Shown here one piece after another: positions 19,527 to 28,877 of a DNA stretch of 64,000 bases. The position numbers and the translations under genes were made by a program. The notes beneath the pieces were generated by a model that did no database searches, was not told where the DNA came from, and was given only the letters and a program-made list of their open reading frames with translations. Source of the stretch: Nitrospirota bacterium (GTDB taxonomy: Bacteria; Nitrospirota; Nitrospiria; 2-01-FULL-66-17); the NCBI GenBank assembly GCA_049325335.1, contig JBMOMC010000001.1, positions 96,001-160,000 on the forward strand. The letters are read 5' to 3'. How positions within the stretch are numbered: the stretch's first letter is position 1; the number at the start of each line of letters is the position of its first letter.

Positions 19527-19969
19527 TCGCGTCGGGCCAACTGTTCAAGATTCTCAACTTCTGGGTCCACTTGGTCTCCGCCTTTATTTGGATCGGCGGA
19601 GTCCTGTTTTCCAGCTTAATTCTCCTGCCCGCCGCGCAGAAGCACCTCAACAAAGACGTCCGCGGGGACTTCCTGCGTCGAGTTCACGCGCGCTTCCAAA
19701 AGATCTCGGGCGCGTTCGTGGGTCTGCTGCTCGTCACCGGGGGCATCAACATCCACTTCGCCAAACAATACCGCGGCGCGCTCACCGGCCTGTACTTCAA
19801 CGCGCTGATGCTCAAGATTCTCTTCTTTACCATTATCCTGACGTTCTATCTGTTACACCTCAAAGAACTGGGTGATAAGAAACCCATGCAGTACTTCCCC
19901 TATCAGGAAGCCACGTTGGTCCTCGGCGTGTTGATCATCCTGATGGCCGCCGTCCTTAAACACAGTTAA
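19523..19969 (+). CDS. CopD/DUF4149-like four-TM membrane protein
   Basis: HLVSAFIWIGG, LLLVTG and LMLKI motifs; GTGA overlap with the rSAM stop. Confidence 0.72.
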   Translation: MIASGQLFKILNFWVHLVSAFIWIGGVLFSSLILLPAAQKHLNKDVRGDFLRRVHARFQKISGAFVGLLLVTGGINIHFAKQYRGALTGLYFNALMLKILFFTIILTFYLLHLKELGDKKPMQYFPYQEATLVLGVLIILMAAVLKHS

Positions 19970-20078
19970 CCCGGTTCGCCCGAGTTCCACCCGCTTCCGC
20001 TGGAACAAGCGGCCCAGACCGTGTATAAAGGTTTTGATACTCCGTTTGGATTACCTTCTCTCGCGGTGAGGCATCGTC

Positions 20079-21260
20079 GTGAATAGACGCATGATCGTGA
20101 TGTTGGTCTCAACCGGCTTGGTATTGGGCGGCATTTTCGGCTTCAAGTGGTTCGGCAACAAGATGATGAACCAGTTCTTCGACAACATGCCGATGCCGCC
20201 GGTCGCGATCACGGCTACGGACGCTCAGGAGCAAACGTGGGCCGCGACCATCGAGGCGGTGGGCACGGTCACGGCGGTCAACGGTATTGCGGTGAGCGCC
20301 GAAGTCGCCGGCGTGGTCCGGTCCATCCACTTTCAGTCCGGTGATCGCGTGGCGGCCGGCGCGGTCTTGATGATGCTCGATTCCGTGGTGGACCAGGCCG
20401 AGTTGCGAACGCTCGAAGCCCAGCGGGATCTGGCCGAAGCGGATTTGGCGCGTGGGCGCGACCTGTTCGGCTCCGAGGTGATGGCCAAGTCCCAGTTCGA
20501 TCGGGTCGAGAGCGCGGCGGCGCAAGCCGCGGCTCGCGTGGAAGCGCAACGCGCGCTCATCGCCAAAAAGACCATCCGGGCGCCGTTCTCGGGCGTGCTC
20601 GGAATTCGGCGGGCAAACCTCGGACAGTACGTGAGCCCAGGCACGCCGTTGGTCACCCTCCAATCGCTCGATCCGATCTACGTGAACTTTGCGTTGCCCG
20701 AACAACGACTGGGCCTGTTGGCCGTGGGCCAGCCCGTCGCGGCCGTCGTGGACGCGTTCTCAGACGCCGCGTTCGAGGGACGCATCACCGCAATCGAGCC
20801 GCGCGTGGACGAGAACACGCGCAACTTCGACCTCCAAGCCACCTTCCGCAACGCGGACCGGCGTCTGCAACCGGGACTGTTCGCGCGTGTTCGTATTGCG
20901 TTGCCCACGTCGGAGCGTTATGTGGTCGTACCGCAAACTTCGGTCAGCTACAACCCCTACGGCAACTCGGTGTATGTGATTCAAGAAGCCGCGCACAGCC
21001 CATCAGACGCCACGAACACGAACCCGGCCGAGGGCGCGCACGCCACGCCCACCGGGCAAGGGCCGACGCTGACGGTGACGCGCCGGTTGATCAAGACCGG
21101 TCCAACCCGCGGCGACTTCGTGGCGGTGGTCGAGGGACTCAAACCCGGCGAACGCGTGGCGACGTCCGGCCTCCTCAAACTTCGCAATGACGCGGTGGTG
21201 GTGATCAACAACGCGGTGACGCCGGCCGCGAATCTCCAACCCACGCCCCCCGAAAGTTAG
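20079..21260 (+). CDS. RND efflux membrane fusion protein
   Basis: EVAGVV..F.SG, IRAPFSGVLG, LQPGLF and GLKPGERV motifs. Confidence 0.93.
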   Translation: MNRRMIVMLVSTGLVLGGIFGFKWFGNKMMNQFFDNMPMPPVAITATDAQEQTWAATIEAVGTVTAVNGIAVSAEVAGVVRSIHFQSGDRVAAGAVLMMLDSVVDQAELRTLEAQRDLAEADLARGRDLFGSEVMAKSQFDRVESAAAQAAARVEAQRALIAKKTIRAPFSGVLGIRRANLGQYVSPGTPLVTLQSLDPIYVNFALPEQRLGLLAVGQPVAAVVDAFSDAAFEGRITAIEPRVDENTRNFDLQATFRNADRRLQPGLFARVRIALPTSERYVVVPQTSVSYNPYGNSVYVIQEAAHSPSDATNTNPAEGAHATPTGQGPTLTVTRRLIKTGPTRGDFVAVVEGLKPGERVATSGLLKLRNDAVVVINNAVTPAANLQPTPPES

Positions 21261-21385
21261 ACGCCTGTCCATGAATGGTCATCTGCGGCGTTGTCGCTTC
21301 GGAATCGCTCCTCACGTACGACCCAGTACGCTCCGGGGGGATTCCTCACTCCGCCTTGCATCTGACCCATTCCTGAACAGGCGTC
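21260..21385. repeat. palindromic intergenic repeat family A, copy 2
   Basis: terminal IR GACGCCTG/CAGGCGTC; reverse-complement match to 4323-4451. Confidence 0.85.
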
Positions 21386-21419
21386 CACACACTGGTACTC
21401 GGACAGGATACTAGAGGCC

Positions 21420-24400
21420 ATGGGCTTCACGGATATCTTCATCAAGCGGCCGGTGTTGGCCGCGGTGGTCAGTTTAATGATCCTGCTACTGGGCCTGCGC
21501 GCGTGGACCGAATTGAACGTGCGCCAATACCCGGAGATGAAAAACGCCGTGGTCACGGTTGCGACCACGTTTATCGGCGCCGACTCCGAATTAATCCAGG
21601 GATTCATCACCTCGCCGCTCGAGCGCGAAATATCGAGCGCGCAAGGCATCGACTATATCCAGTCCACTAGTCTTCCCGGGGTGAGCTCGATCCAAATCTT
21701 TCTTCGCTTAGACTACGATCCGAACGAAGCCTTGACCCAAATCGCGGCGAAGGTGAACAAGGTTCGGCGCGAGCTGCCCGAAGGCAGCGAAGACCCGGTC
21801 ATCGAACTGTCCGTCGGCGAGACCATCGCCGCGATGTATTTGAGCTTTTACAGCACCATCCTCGACAACAATCAAATCACCGACTACCTGGTCCGCGTCA
21901 TCGAACCCAGGTTGTCCACGCTCCCGGGCGTGCAACGGGCGCTGATCATCGGCGATCGCACCTTTGCCATGCGGATCTGGCTCAAGCCGGAACGGCTGGC
22001 CGCGCTCAACCTCACCGCGAGCGACATCCAAACCGCGCTCCAGGCCAACAACGTGCAGGCGGCTGTGGGCGCCACCAAGGGCGCGATGGTCTCGGTGGAT
22101 CTCAAAGCCAACACCGACCTCCAGACGGCGGAGCAGTTTCGCAATCTGGTGATTCGCTCCGAGGGCGACGCGATCGTTCGTCTGGGCGACGTCGCCGACG
22201 TGGTGCTGGGCGCAGAAACCTACAACACCGCGGTCTCGTTCAACGGCCTGAGCGCCACGTTCATCGGCGTCGAAGTGGCGCCGGACGCGAACGCGCTCGA
22301 CGTGGTCGAGCGGGTACGTCACGAGTGGCCCGATATCCTGCGCCAACTGCCGCAGGGTCTGGAAGCGAATATCCCGTACGACAGCACGCGATATATTCGC
22401 AACGCCATCAACGAAGTCGTGTTCACGCTCGGCGAGGCGGTCCTGATCGTGATCGTGGTGATCTTCCTGTTCCTCGGGTCGCTGCGCTCCGTAATCATTC
22501 CCGCGGTCACGGTGCCGCTGTCGATCATCGGCGCCTTGTTCCTGATGTGGGTCATGGGTTTCTCCATCAACCTGCTGACGTTGTTGGCCATGGTGCTGGC
22601 CATCGGCATGGTGGTGGACGACGCGATCATCGTGTTGGAGAACATCCATCGCCACATCGAAGACGGCATGAAACCGTTCGACGCCGCGATCAAAGGGGCG
22701 CGCGAATTGGGCCTGCCCGTCATCGCCATGACCGTCACCCTGGTCGCGGTGTACCTGCCCATCGGCTTTATCGGCGGATTGACCGGCGCGTTGTTCGTAG
22801 AGTTCGCTTTCGCGCTCGCGGGCGCGGTGCTGCTCTCCGGCGTGATCGCGTTAACGCTCTCGCCCATGATGTGCGCCCGGCTGCTCCGCCCGCGCAACAA
22901 AGGCGGCGGGCACCGTCTGGAACTGTGGCTGGATCGCCAATTCGACCGGCTGCGGCGCGGGTATCAACAACGTCTGCACGGCGCGCTCGACGACAAACAC
23001 GTCATCGCCGTGTTCGGCGTGATCGTGCTGGCGAGCACGTATTTCTTGTACCAGACCTCGCCGCGGGAGCTGGCGCCGGAAGAGGACCAGGGTATCGTCC
23101 TCATTTTTTCGCAGAGCGACCCCTACTCCTCGCTGGACTATCTGACCCAATTCACCAACGAGTTAACCACGATCGCCAACGCCATTCCGGAAAAGGAAAA
23201 CTACTTCCTGATGAACGGCGTGGGAGGCAGCGGGTCCGCGGTCGGTACCAACACCGCGATCTCCGGCATCGTGTTCAAACCGTGGGACGAACGCGACCGC
23301 ACCACCAAGGACGTCCTACAGGAGGTCCAACAAAAGGCCGGAGAGGTCGCGGGGTTGATGAACGCGGTGTTCGCCCCGCCCCCGTTGCCCACCGGCGGCA
23401 TGGGATTCCCGGTGGAATTCGTGATCGCCAGCACCCAGCCGGTGCAAGCGTTACACGACGCCAGCAACGAGATTCTCCAGCGCGGCATGGCGAGCAAACA
23501 ATTCATCTTTATGGACACGGACCTCAAAATCGACAAACCGCAGATCCACATCGACATTGATCGCGATAAGGCCGCGTTGCTCGGCATCGACATGCGCCAA
23601 CTGGGGAGCGAACTCGCGGCCATGATGTCCGGAGGCTACGTGAACCGGTTTTCCATGGAAAGCCGCAGCTACAAGGTCATTCCGCAGGTCCAACGCACGG
23701 ACCGGCTCAACCCCGACCAACTCACCCAGTACTACACGCGCACCCGGTCCGGGGACCTGGTGCCGCTCTCCACCCTCGTGACCTTGCGCGAATCCGTGGA
23801 ACCGCAACAACTCAAACGCTTCCAACAGTTAAACGCCGTGGTCATCTCGGGCGTGCCGCGCCCCGGCGTCACATTGGGCGACGCCCTGAGCGTGCTGGAG
23901 CAAGCCGCGGCCGAGGTGCTGCCACCTGGTTACGCCGTGGACTACGCGGGCCAGTCCCGCCAGTACAAGACCGAGGGCGCGGCATTGGTGCTGACCTTCT
24001 TCTTCGCGCTGATCATCATTTACCTGGTCCTCGCCGCGCAGTTCGAGAGTTTCCGCGACCCCATCATCATGCTGGTCACGGTGCCCATGTCCATCTGCGG
24101 CGCGCTGATCTTTGTGAGCCTCGGCCTCACCACCGTGAACATCTACACCCAGGTGGGCCTGGTCACCCTCATCGGCGTGATCAGCAAACACGGCATCCTG
24201 ATCGTGGAGTTCGCCAACCGGCTCCAGGAACAGGGCCGAGCCAAACGCGAAGCTATCGAAGAAGCCGCCTCCATTCGCCTGCGCCCGGTCCTGATGACCA
24301 CCGCGGCCCTCGTGCTCGCCGTGGTCCCGTTGCTGACCGCCACCGGCCCCGGCGCCGCCGCGCGCTTTGCCATCGGCCTGGTCATCGCCACCGGCATGAC

Positions 24401-24527
24401 CATCGGCACCGCGTTCACGCTGTTCGTGGTGCCCGCGGTCTATCTGTACTTGGGAAGAGACTACGCGGCACAGCGCGCCGGAGAAACTGCTTCGGTTATG
24501 CCAACATCGGGCCGGGCAACCGCGTAG
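21420..24527 (+). CDS. RND efflux permease (AcrB/MexW-like)
   Basis: FIKRPV, VDDAIIVLENI and RLRPVLMTT motifs; 1035 aa. Confidence 0.95.
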   Translation: MGFTDIFIKRPVLAAVVSLMILLLGLRAWTELNVRQYPEMKNAVVTVATTFIGADSELIQGFITSPLEREISSAQGIDYIQSTSLPGVSSIQIFLRLDYDPNEALTQIAAKVNKVRRELPEGSEDPVIELSVGETIAAMYLSFYSTILDNNQITDYLVRVIEPRLSTLPGVQRALIIGDRTFAMRIWLKPERLAALNLTASDIQTALQANNVQAAVGATKGAMVSVDLKANTDLQTAEQFRNLVIRSEGDAIVRLGDVADVVLGAETYNTAVSFNGLSATFIGVEVAPDANALDVVERVRHEWPDILRQLPQGLEANIPYDSTRYIRNAINEVVFTLGEAVLIVIVVIFLFLGSLRSVIIPAVTVPLSIIGALFLMWVMGFSINLLTLLAMVLAIGMVVDDAIIVLENIHRHIEDGMKPFDAAIKGARELGLPVIAMTVTLVAVYLPIGFIGGLTGALFVEFAFALAGAVLLSGVIALTLSPMMCARLLRPRNKGGGHRLELWLDRQFDRLRRGYQQRLHGALDDKHVIAVFGVIVLASTYFLYQTSPRELAPEEDQGIVLIFSQSDPYSSLDYLTQFTNELTTIANAIPEKENYFLMNGVGGSGSAVGTNTAISGIVFKPWDERDRTTKDVLQEVQQKAGEVAGLMNAVFAPPPLPTGGMGFPVEFVIASTQPVQALHDASNEILQRGMASKQFIFMDTDLKIDKPQIHIDIDRDKAALLGIDMRQLGSELAAMMSGGYVNRFSMESRSYKVIPQVQRTDRLNPDQLTQYYTRTRSGDLVPLSTLVTLRESVEPQQLKRFQQLNAVVISGVPRPGVTLGDALSVLEQAAAEVLPPGYAVDYAGQSRQYKTEGAALVLTFFFALIIIYLVLAAQFESFRDPIIMLVTVPMSICGALIFVSLGLTTVNIYTQVGLVTLIGVISKHGILIVEFANRLQEQGRAKREAIEEAASIRLRPVLMTTAALVLAVVPLLTATGPGAAARFAIGLVIATGMTIGTAFTLFVVPAVYLYLGRDYAAQRAGETASVMPTSGRATA

Positions 24528-24530
24528 GCC

Positions 24531-24562
24531 CAGCCGATACCCGGGTTGTCGGGTATCGGCTG
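24531..24562 (+). terminator. GC-rich hairpin after the RND gene
   Basis: CAGCCGATACCCG-6 nt-CGGGTATCGGCTG 13-bp stem; no U tract. Confidence 0.45.
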
Positions 24563-24582
24563 CATGTCATATACTGCACTCC

Positions 24583-25083
24583 ATGAAGCGAGTCGCGGAC
24601 CTCGACATCTTTGCCATCTATACCGGCGCGCGGTTCCATGGATCGAGGTCTGAGATCGTGGCCCGGGCGTTGACAAGTCGGCGAACGCGGGACCTCGTGT
24701 GGTTGTTCTTGGCGGTCAACGAGATTCCCTGGAAACGCCTCGCCGTTCCCGCTCGTCTCAAAAAACCACTGCGCCAACAGGGCGAGAAATCCTCTCGCCT
24801 ATCCGCTATATGGCGCACGGCAACTGGTTACTGGCTTGGCCGTCCCTTCCGGATATGGTATGCCGGAGACACGCGGAGCACCGAGACTGCGGTCACTCGA
24901 TCAGAGGAGCAACGATGGCGCGAGAGTATCTGGCTGCGGAAGACGCAATTGACGTCCTCATCACGCATATCGAGTCGATCAGTCGGAAACCGGTTACCGT
25001 TATCCTCCTCGGCGGCCTCGCAATGGCCTGGTACGGCTCATCGCGCCAGACACGGGACCTCGACGCCGAAGTCTCGTCGCTGA
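24583..25083 (+). CDS. basic hypothetical protein, possible partner of the downstream nucleotidyltransferase
   Basis: only ORF filling 24583-24914; overlaps the next gene by 169 nt, so the 3' end is doubtful. Confidence 0.4.
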   Translation: MKRVADLDIFAIYTGARFHGSRSEIVARALTSRRTRDLVWLFLAVNEIPWKRLAVPARLKKPLRQQGEKSSRLSAIWRTATGYWLGRPFRIWYAGDTRSTETAVTRSEEQRWRESIWLRKTQLTSSSRISSRSVGNRLPLSSSAASQWPGTAHRARHGTSTPKSRR

Positions 25084-25445
25084 CAAAACCACAACTCACA
25101 CGCCTCTGGAAGGCGCTGGACTTTCCCGCCGACCTCAGCGCGGACGTGTCGCATTGGGGCATGATCGACCTGATTCCGGGTTACCGCAAGCGGGCCAAGA
25201 CGATCAGAAAACGGGGCCGAGTCACGGTTCGAATCCTGTCGCCGCTCGACCTAGCCATGTCTAAGCTCCGTGTCATGCGGGACTCCGACATCCAAGACGC
25301 GCGGTTTTTGATCCGCCGATTCAAGATCACGAAGCTGCAGATCCGACGCGCGATGAATCGCATGATCCGGTCCTCCATCCCTTCGACCGACCTATTCTTC
25401 TTCCAGCGGTTCGTTGAAGGGTTTTTGAATGGGCGGTTCCGGTAA
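24915..25445 (+). CDS. AbiEii/DUF6036-like nucleotidyltransferase
   Basis: GAGGAG RBS; LLGGLAM..RQTRDLD and LAMSKL..RDSDIQD motifs. Confidence 0.72.
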   Translation: MAREYLAAEDAIDVLITHIESISRKPVTVILLGGLAMAWYGSSRQTRDLDAEVSSLTKPQLTRLWKALDFPADLSADVSHWGMIDLIPGYRKRAKTIRKRGRVTVRILSPLDLAMSKLRVMRDSDIQDARFLIRRFKITKLQIRRAMNRMIRSSIPSTDLFFFQRFVEGFLNGRFR

Positions 25446-25513
25446 CACGAGATCTTTAGTCGGTCATGTACGCGGTCAAGACTTAACTCCAGCACGACTG
25501 GACCGACACGCTC

Positions 25514-26050
25514 ATGAAGCGAAATATCCAGATCTGTCACGAAGGCACCCCAGATGGACCAATCCCCAAAACACTACGCGAGGTCGGGATCTCACGGATT
25601 CTCAACAGACCGATTATAGGATGGTCACATAGTCTCGGTTCGTATGGCATGGGAGGTCCAGGCTTCTGGGGATTCCAATTGGGGAAGACAGGAAACTATC
25701 CAGAAGAGTGGTTAATTCTCACACTTTGGCATTCCGGAGCCTGGCTACGGCTCGATGGTAACAGGCCCGAAACCGTTCCCGAATTCGTCCCCGATTCCGA
25801 CGCTAAGCTTATTGAGTTTCACCGACAAATCGACGAAAGGCTTGAAGAGCTCAAGAGCCTTTTTGTGGGGGCCGTAATAGACGATGCAGAAGTCGCCGAT
25901 ACGTTCTCGAAATTCCATCTCCGCGTTGGGGAGAGCCGACATGTACTCGAAATCCCCAAGACACCACCGGACCAGTGGCGTGCCTGGAGTCCAGAAGAGA
26001 GTCACTGGGACGTATGGGTGGTGTCTCAACACAGTCGCATATTGGTGTGA
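25514..26050 (+). CDS. hypothetical protein
   Basis: 178-aa ORF, visibly lower GC than the flanks; Trp/Gly-rich GSYGMGGPGFWG. Confidence 0.55.
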   Translation: MKRNIQICHEGTPDGPIPKTLREVGISRILNRPIIGWSHSLGSYGMGGPGFWGFQLGKTGNYPEEWLILTLWHSGAWLRLDGNRPETVPEFVPDSDAKLIEFHRQIDERLEELKSLFVGAVIDDAEVADTFSKFHLRVGESRHVLEIPKTPPDQWRAWSPEESHWDVWVVSQHSRILV

Positions 26051-26087
26051 TCGCGGTCCGACACCCCAACCTCACCCTGGACGAAGA

Positions 26088-26657
26088 ATGAGGGACCTCG
26101 TTAGCGGCTGTCGATGTTGGGAAACGGATGACCCTTTGTTCATCATCTACCGCGACGAATGGGGCGTGCCGGTGCGGGATGATCGGCTGTTGTTCGAGCA
26201 GTTGGTGTTGAGCGGATTTCAGGCCGGGTTGTCGTGGCGGACGATTCTGTATAAGCGCGAGAGTTTTCGGCGCGCGTTCCACAACTTCGAGGCGGATCGA
26301 GTGGCCACCTACGGTATGCGCGATCGCAAACGACTCTTGGCCGATGCGGGCATTATCCGTAATCGGCAGAAGATCGATGCCGCCATCAAGAACGCCAAGG
26401 CCGTACTCACTGTTCGAGAGGAGTTCGGGGCTTTCTCGGACTACTTATGGGATTTTGTCGGCGGACGGCCGATTCGGCGACGACACCCGGGCGGCCAGCA
26501 TCCGGCCCGCTCACCCGAGTCCGACGCATTGTCCAAGGACCTTCAAGTCCGCGGCTTCAGCTTCGTGGGCACGACGATCGTGTATGCGTTCATGCAGGGC
26601 GTCGGGCTGGTGAACGACCACCGGCCGCGATGTCCGCGGGCCAGAGTCCGCCTCTGA
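26088..26657 (+). CDS. tag: DNA-3-methyladenine glycosylase I
   Basis: DEWGVP, LFE.L.L.GFQAGLSW, IIRNRQKI and GLVNDH..C motifs. Confidence 0.92.
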   Translation: MRDLVSGCRCWETDDPLFIIYRDEWGVPVRDDRLLFEQLVLSGFQAGLSWRTILYKRESFRRAFHNFEADRVATYGMRDRKRLLADAGIIRNRQKIDAAIKNAKAVLTVREEFGAFSDYLWDFVGGRPIRRRHPGGQHPARSPESDALSKDLQVRGFSFVGTTIVYAFMQGVGLVNDHRPRCPRARVRL

Positions 26658-26665
26658 TGACGGGC

Positions 26666-27970
26666 TTAGAGCGCGAAGTCGAATGCCAACAGGACGCGCA
26701 CTTCCCGGAGATCCAATCCTCCGTCCTGCTTCGTCCGTTGCTCGGAGACCTCCGCGTGGAGGAAGACTTCATTTCGCGTGTTGATGGTGAGCGCCTTGCG
26801 CACGGCCGCCACGACCTGGTCGATATCGCCGTCGGATTTTGACACTGTAGGGTCGGGTTGCTGTGTGTTGCGGACCACGTCGTAGCGAGCGATCAGGACC
26901 AGTTCCGGCGACACGTGCCAGTTGGCCTCGACCAACCCGCCGTAAAACTTTCCGTCCTGCGCGGCGGGCTGAATGTCCGCGGTGACGGTGTCGCTGTCGA
27001 TGACGGCGCTCGGGTCGCGTCCCGCCATTCCCATGACCAGGAAATTCACGGATCGCACCGTCAGATTGAAATCGACGCCGTAGCGATAAAACGTCTTGGG
27101 ATTGCGGCCCGTTCCCGGAATCGGCTCGCCCGACAGATCATGTAGGTACGCACTGGCTTCACGGCCGAGGTAACTGAACGCGCCCACGCGTTGCCCGTGC
27201 AGGCGATACGTCACGTGACCGTAGAGATCCGGGCTGAACGGCTCTTTGTTGCCCAGCGCGGTATTATCCCCTTCCACCAGGTCGAGCGTGTACCGCAGTG
27301 AGTCGTCGGCACTGTGCCCCATGAGTTCCACCCCGGTTTGGTTCTCGCTCAGACTCATCTCCACCATGCTTCCGGCCGGTCGATGGTCGTAGATAGGATA
27401 TCCCGCGCCCAGGGTGAGGATCCGCTTCGTACTGAACGGCACATCCATCTCAAAAATCCCGGCTTTGACGTTCAGCCACGGACTCTTGTTGAGATCGTTG
27501 AAACGGATCCAAGCGGACTCCAAACTCAGCCCGGCTTCCGGCGTTCCCACATCCGCCAACACGAACACCAGGTGATAGGAGATCGAGTCCGTCAAGGTGC
27601 CGACGCTTAACACGTCCAGCCCGAAGTCCTGAAAACTTCCTGACCGGATGGTCGCATCAGGGTCCTCCAGCGTGGGCTGGTGCGTCTGGATCGTGTATTC
27701 GAATCCGACCGGGGTTCGGAACGCGATCGGGAAATACGCGCCGGGGAGGTTCACCGGGTTGTCGCGGTCGGTGCCCAGCCGGTAGCCATTGTCACGGAAC
27801 GTGCTGCCGAAATCATTGAGTTTGGGGAACGCCGCGTGGCACAACGTACATGCCGCATCGTATTTCCTGGCGAACGCCGGAATCGCTTGAGACGGCGTCG
27901 CGGTGGCCACGATGACCAGCACGGAGAGCAGACCCGCCAATACATGTATGAACGCCCGTTGTTTCGTCAT
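26666..27970 (-). CDS. Cyc2-like monoheme cytochrome c-porin fusion
   Basis: signal peptide then AIPAFARKYDAACTLCHAAFPKLNDFG..F..NGY, followed by a beta-barrel-like region ending AFDFAL; AAGGAGG RBS. Confidence 0.78.
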   Translation of the reverse strand: MTKQRAFIHVLAGLLSVLVIVATATPSQAIPAFARKYDAACTLCHAAFPKLNDFGSTFRDNGYRLGTDRDNPVNLPGAYFPIAFRTPVGFEYTIQTHQPTLEDPDATIRSGSFQDFGLDVLSVGTLTDSISYHLVFVLADVGTPEAGLSLESAWIRFNDLNKSPWLNVKAGIFEMDVPFSTKRILTLGAGYPIYDHRPAGSMVEMSLSENQTGVELMGHSADDSLRYTLDLVEGDNTALGNKEPFSPDLYGHVTYRLHGQRVGAFSYLGREASAYLHDLSGEPIPGTGRNPKTFYRYGVDFNLTVRSVNFLVMGMAGRDPSAVIDSDTVTADIQPAAQDGKFYGGLVEANWHVSPELVLIARYDVVRNTQQPDPTVSKSDGDIDQVVAAVRKALTINTRNEVFLHAEVSEQRTKQDGGLDLREVRVLLAFDFAL

Positions 27971-28181
27971 GACCGACTTGCCTCCTTGGCTCAGAAGTGC
28001 GTCATGCATTCGTCGGAACCGAGAAAAACTGTAGCAGATCTCTCGTGATCTGGCCACGACGTGAGCGGATGATTGGAAACAAATACGCTCGCGGTGATGC
28101 CCCGCGACTGTTAGACTGTTTGCTCATGTGTGCTCGGCCGGCTCAGGGAAAAAACTTCCTCCGTGGTTTCGTTAACATCGC

Positions 28182-28784
28182 GTGAATCTTCTCTTTCGAA
28201 TGGTCCGGATTCTCTTGGCCGCGGTGTTCGGGGCGCGCCTGGCTCCGCTTGCCGAGTCGGTGGTACGGTTTCGTGTGTGGCCCAACGATCTGGACACCAA
28301 TCTGCACATGAACAACGGCCGGTACCTAACGTTAATGGACTTGGGACGCTTGGACCTGATGTTCCGTACCGGGATCGGCCGCGTGATCGTGACGCAGCGA
28401 TGGCGACCCATGGTGGGCACGGCCGTGATCCGGTTTCGCCGCGGGTTGGCCCCGTTCGAGCGGTATGTTCTCAAGACCAGAATCGTGTCATGGGACGACA
28501 AATGGTTCTGGATCGAGCAACGATTTGAACGAAGCGGCGAGGTAGTGGCGGTCGGCGCGATCAAGGGGCTGTTCAGGGACTCGCGCGGGAATGTCCCGAC
28601 CGCCGAGGTGTTGTCGCTCCTTGGGATGACCGACCCGCCGCAAATTCCGGATTGGCTGCTCGCGTGGCAGCGGGCCGAAGCGGACGCCGCCCGATCGGCG
28701 TCCGCCAAACCCGCGTCACGGGGAGCCACGGGGGAGGACGCATTCCTCACCTCCGCCAGGGCTCTTGACCCTCCGTCACGTTAG
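28182..28784 (+). CDS. acyl-CoA thioesterase (4HBT-like hotdog fold)
   Basis: RVWPNDLDTNLHMNNGRY motif. Confidence 0.88.
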   Translation: MNLLFRMVRILLAAVFGARLAPLAESVVRFRVWPNDLDTNLHMNNGRYLTLMDLGRLDLMFRTGIGRVIVTQRWRPMVGTAVIRFRRGLAPFERYVLKTRIVSWDDKWFWIEQRFERSGEVVAVGAIKGLFRDSRGNVPTAEVLSLLGMTDPPQIPDWLLAWQRAEADAARSASAKPASRGATGEDAFLTSARALDPPSR

Positions 28785-28877
28785 CCGACCTCCGACAGAT
28801 TTCGCCAACCCTGAGTCGGACCTTGCGACAGCCACCCGTTGTGTGGGACAACAAGCAGTGACTCCGGAGAGCCGTCC

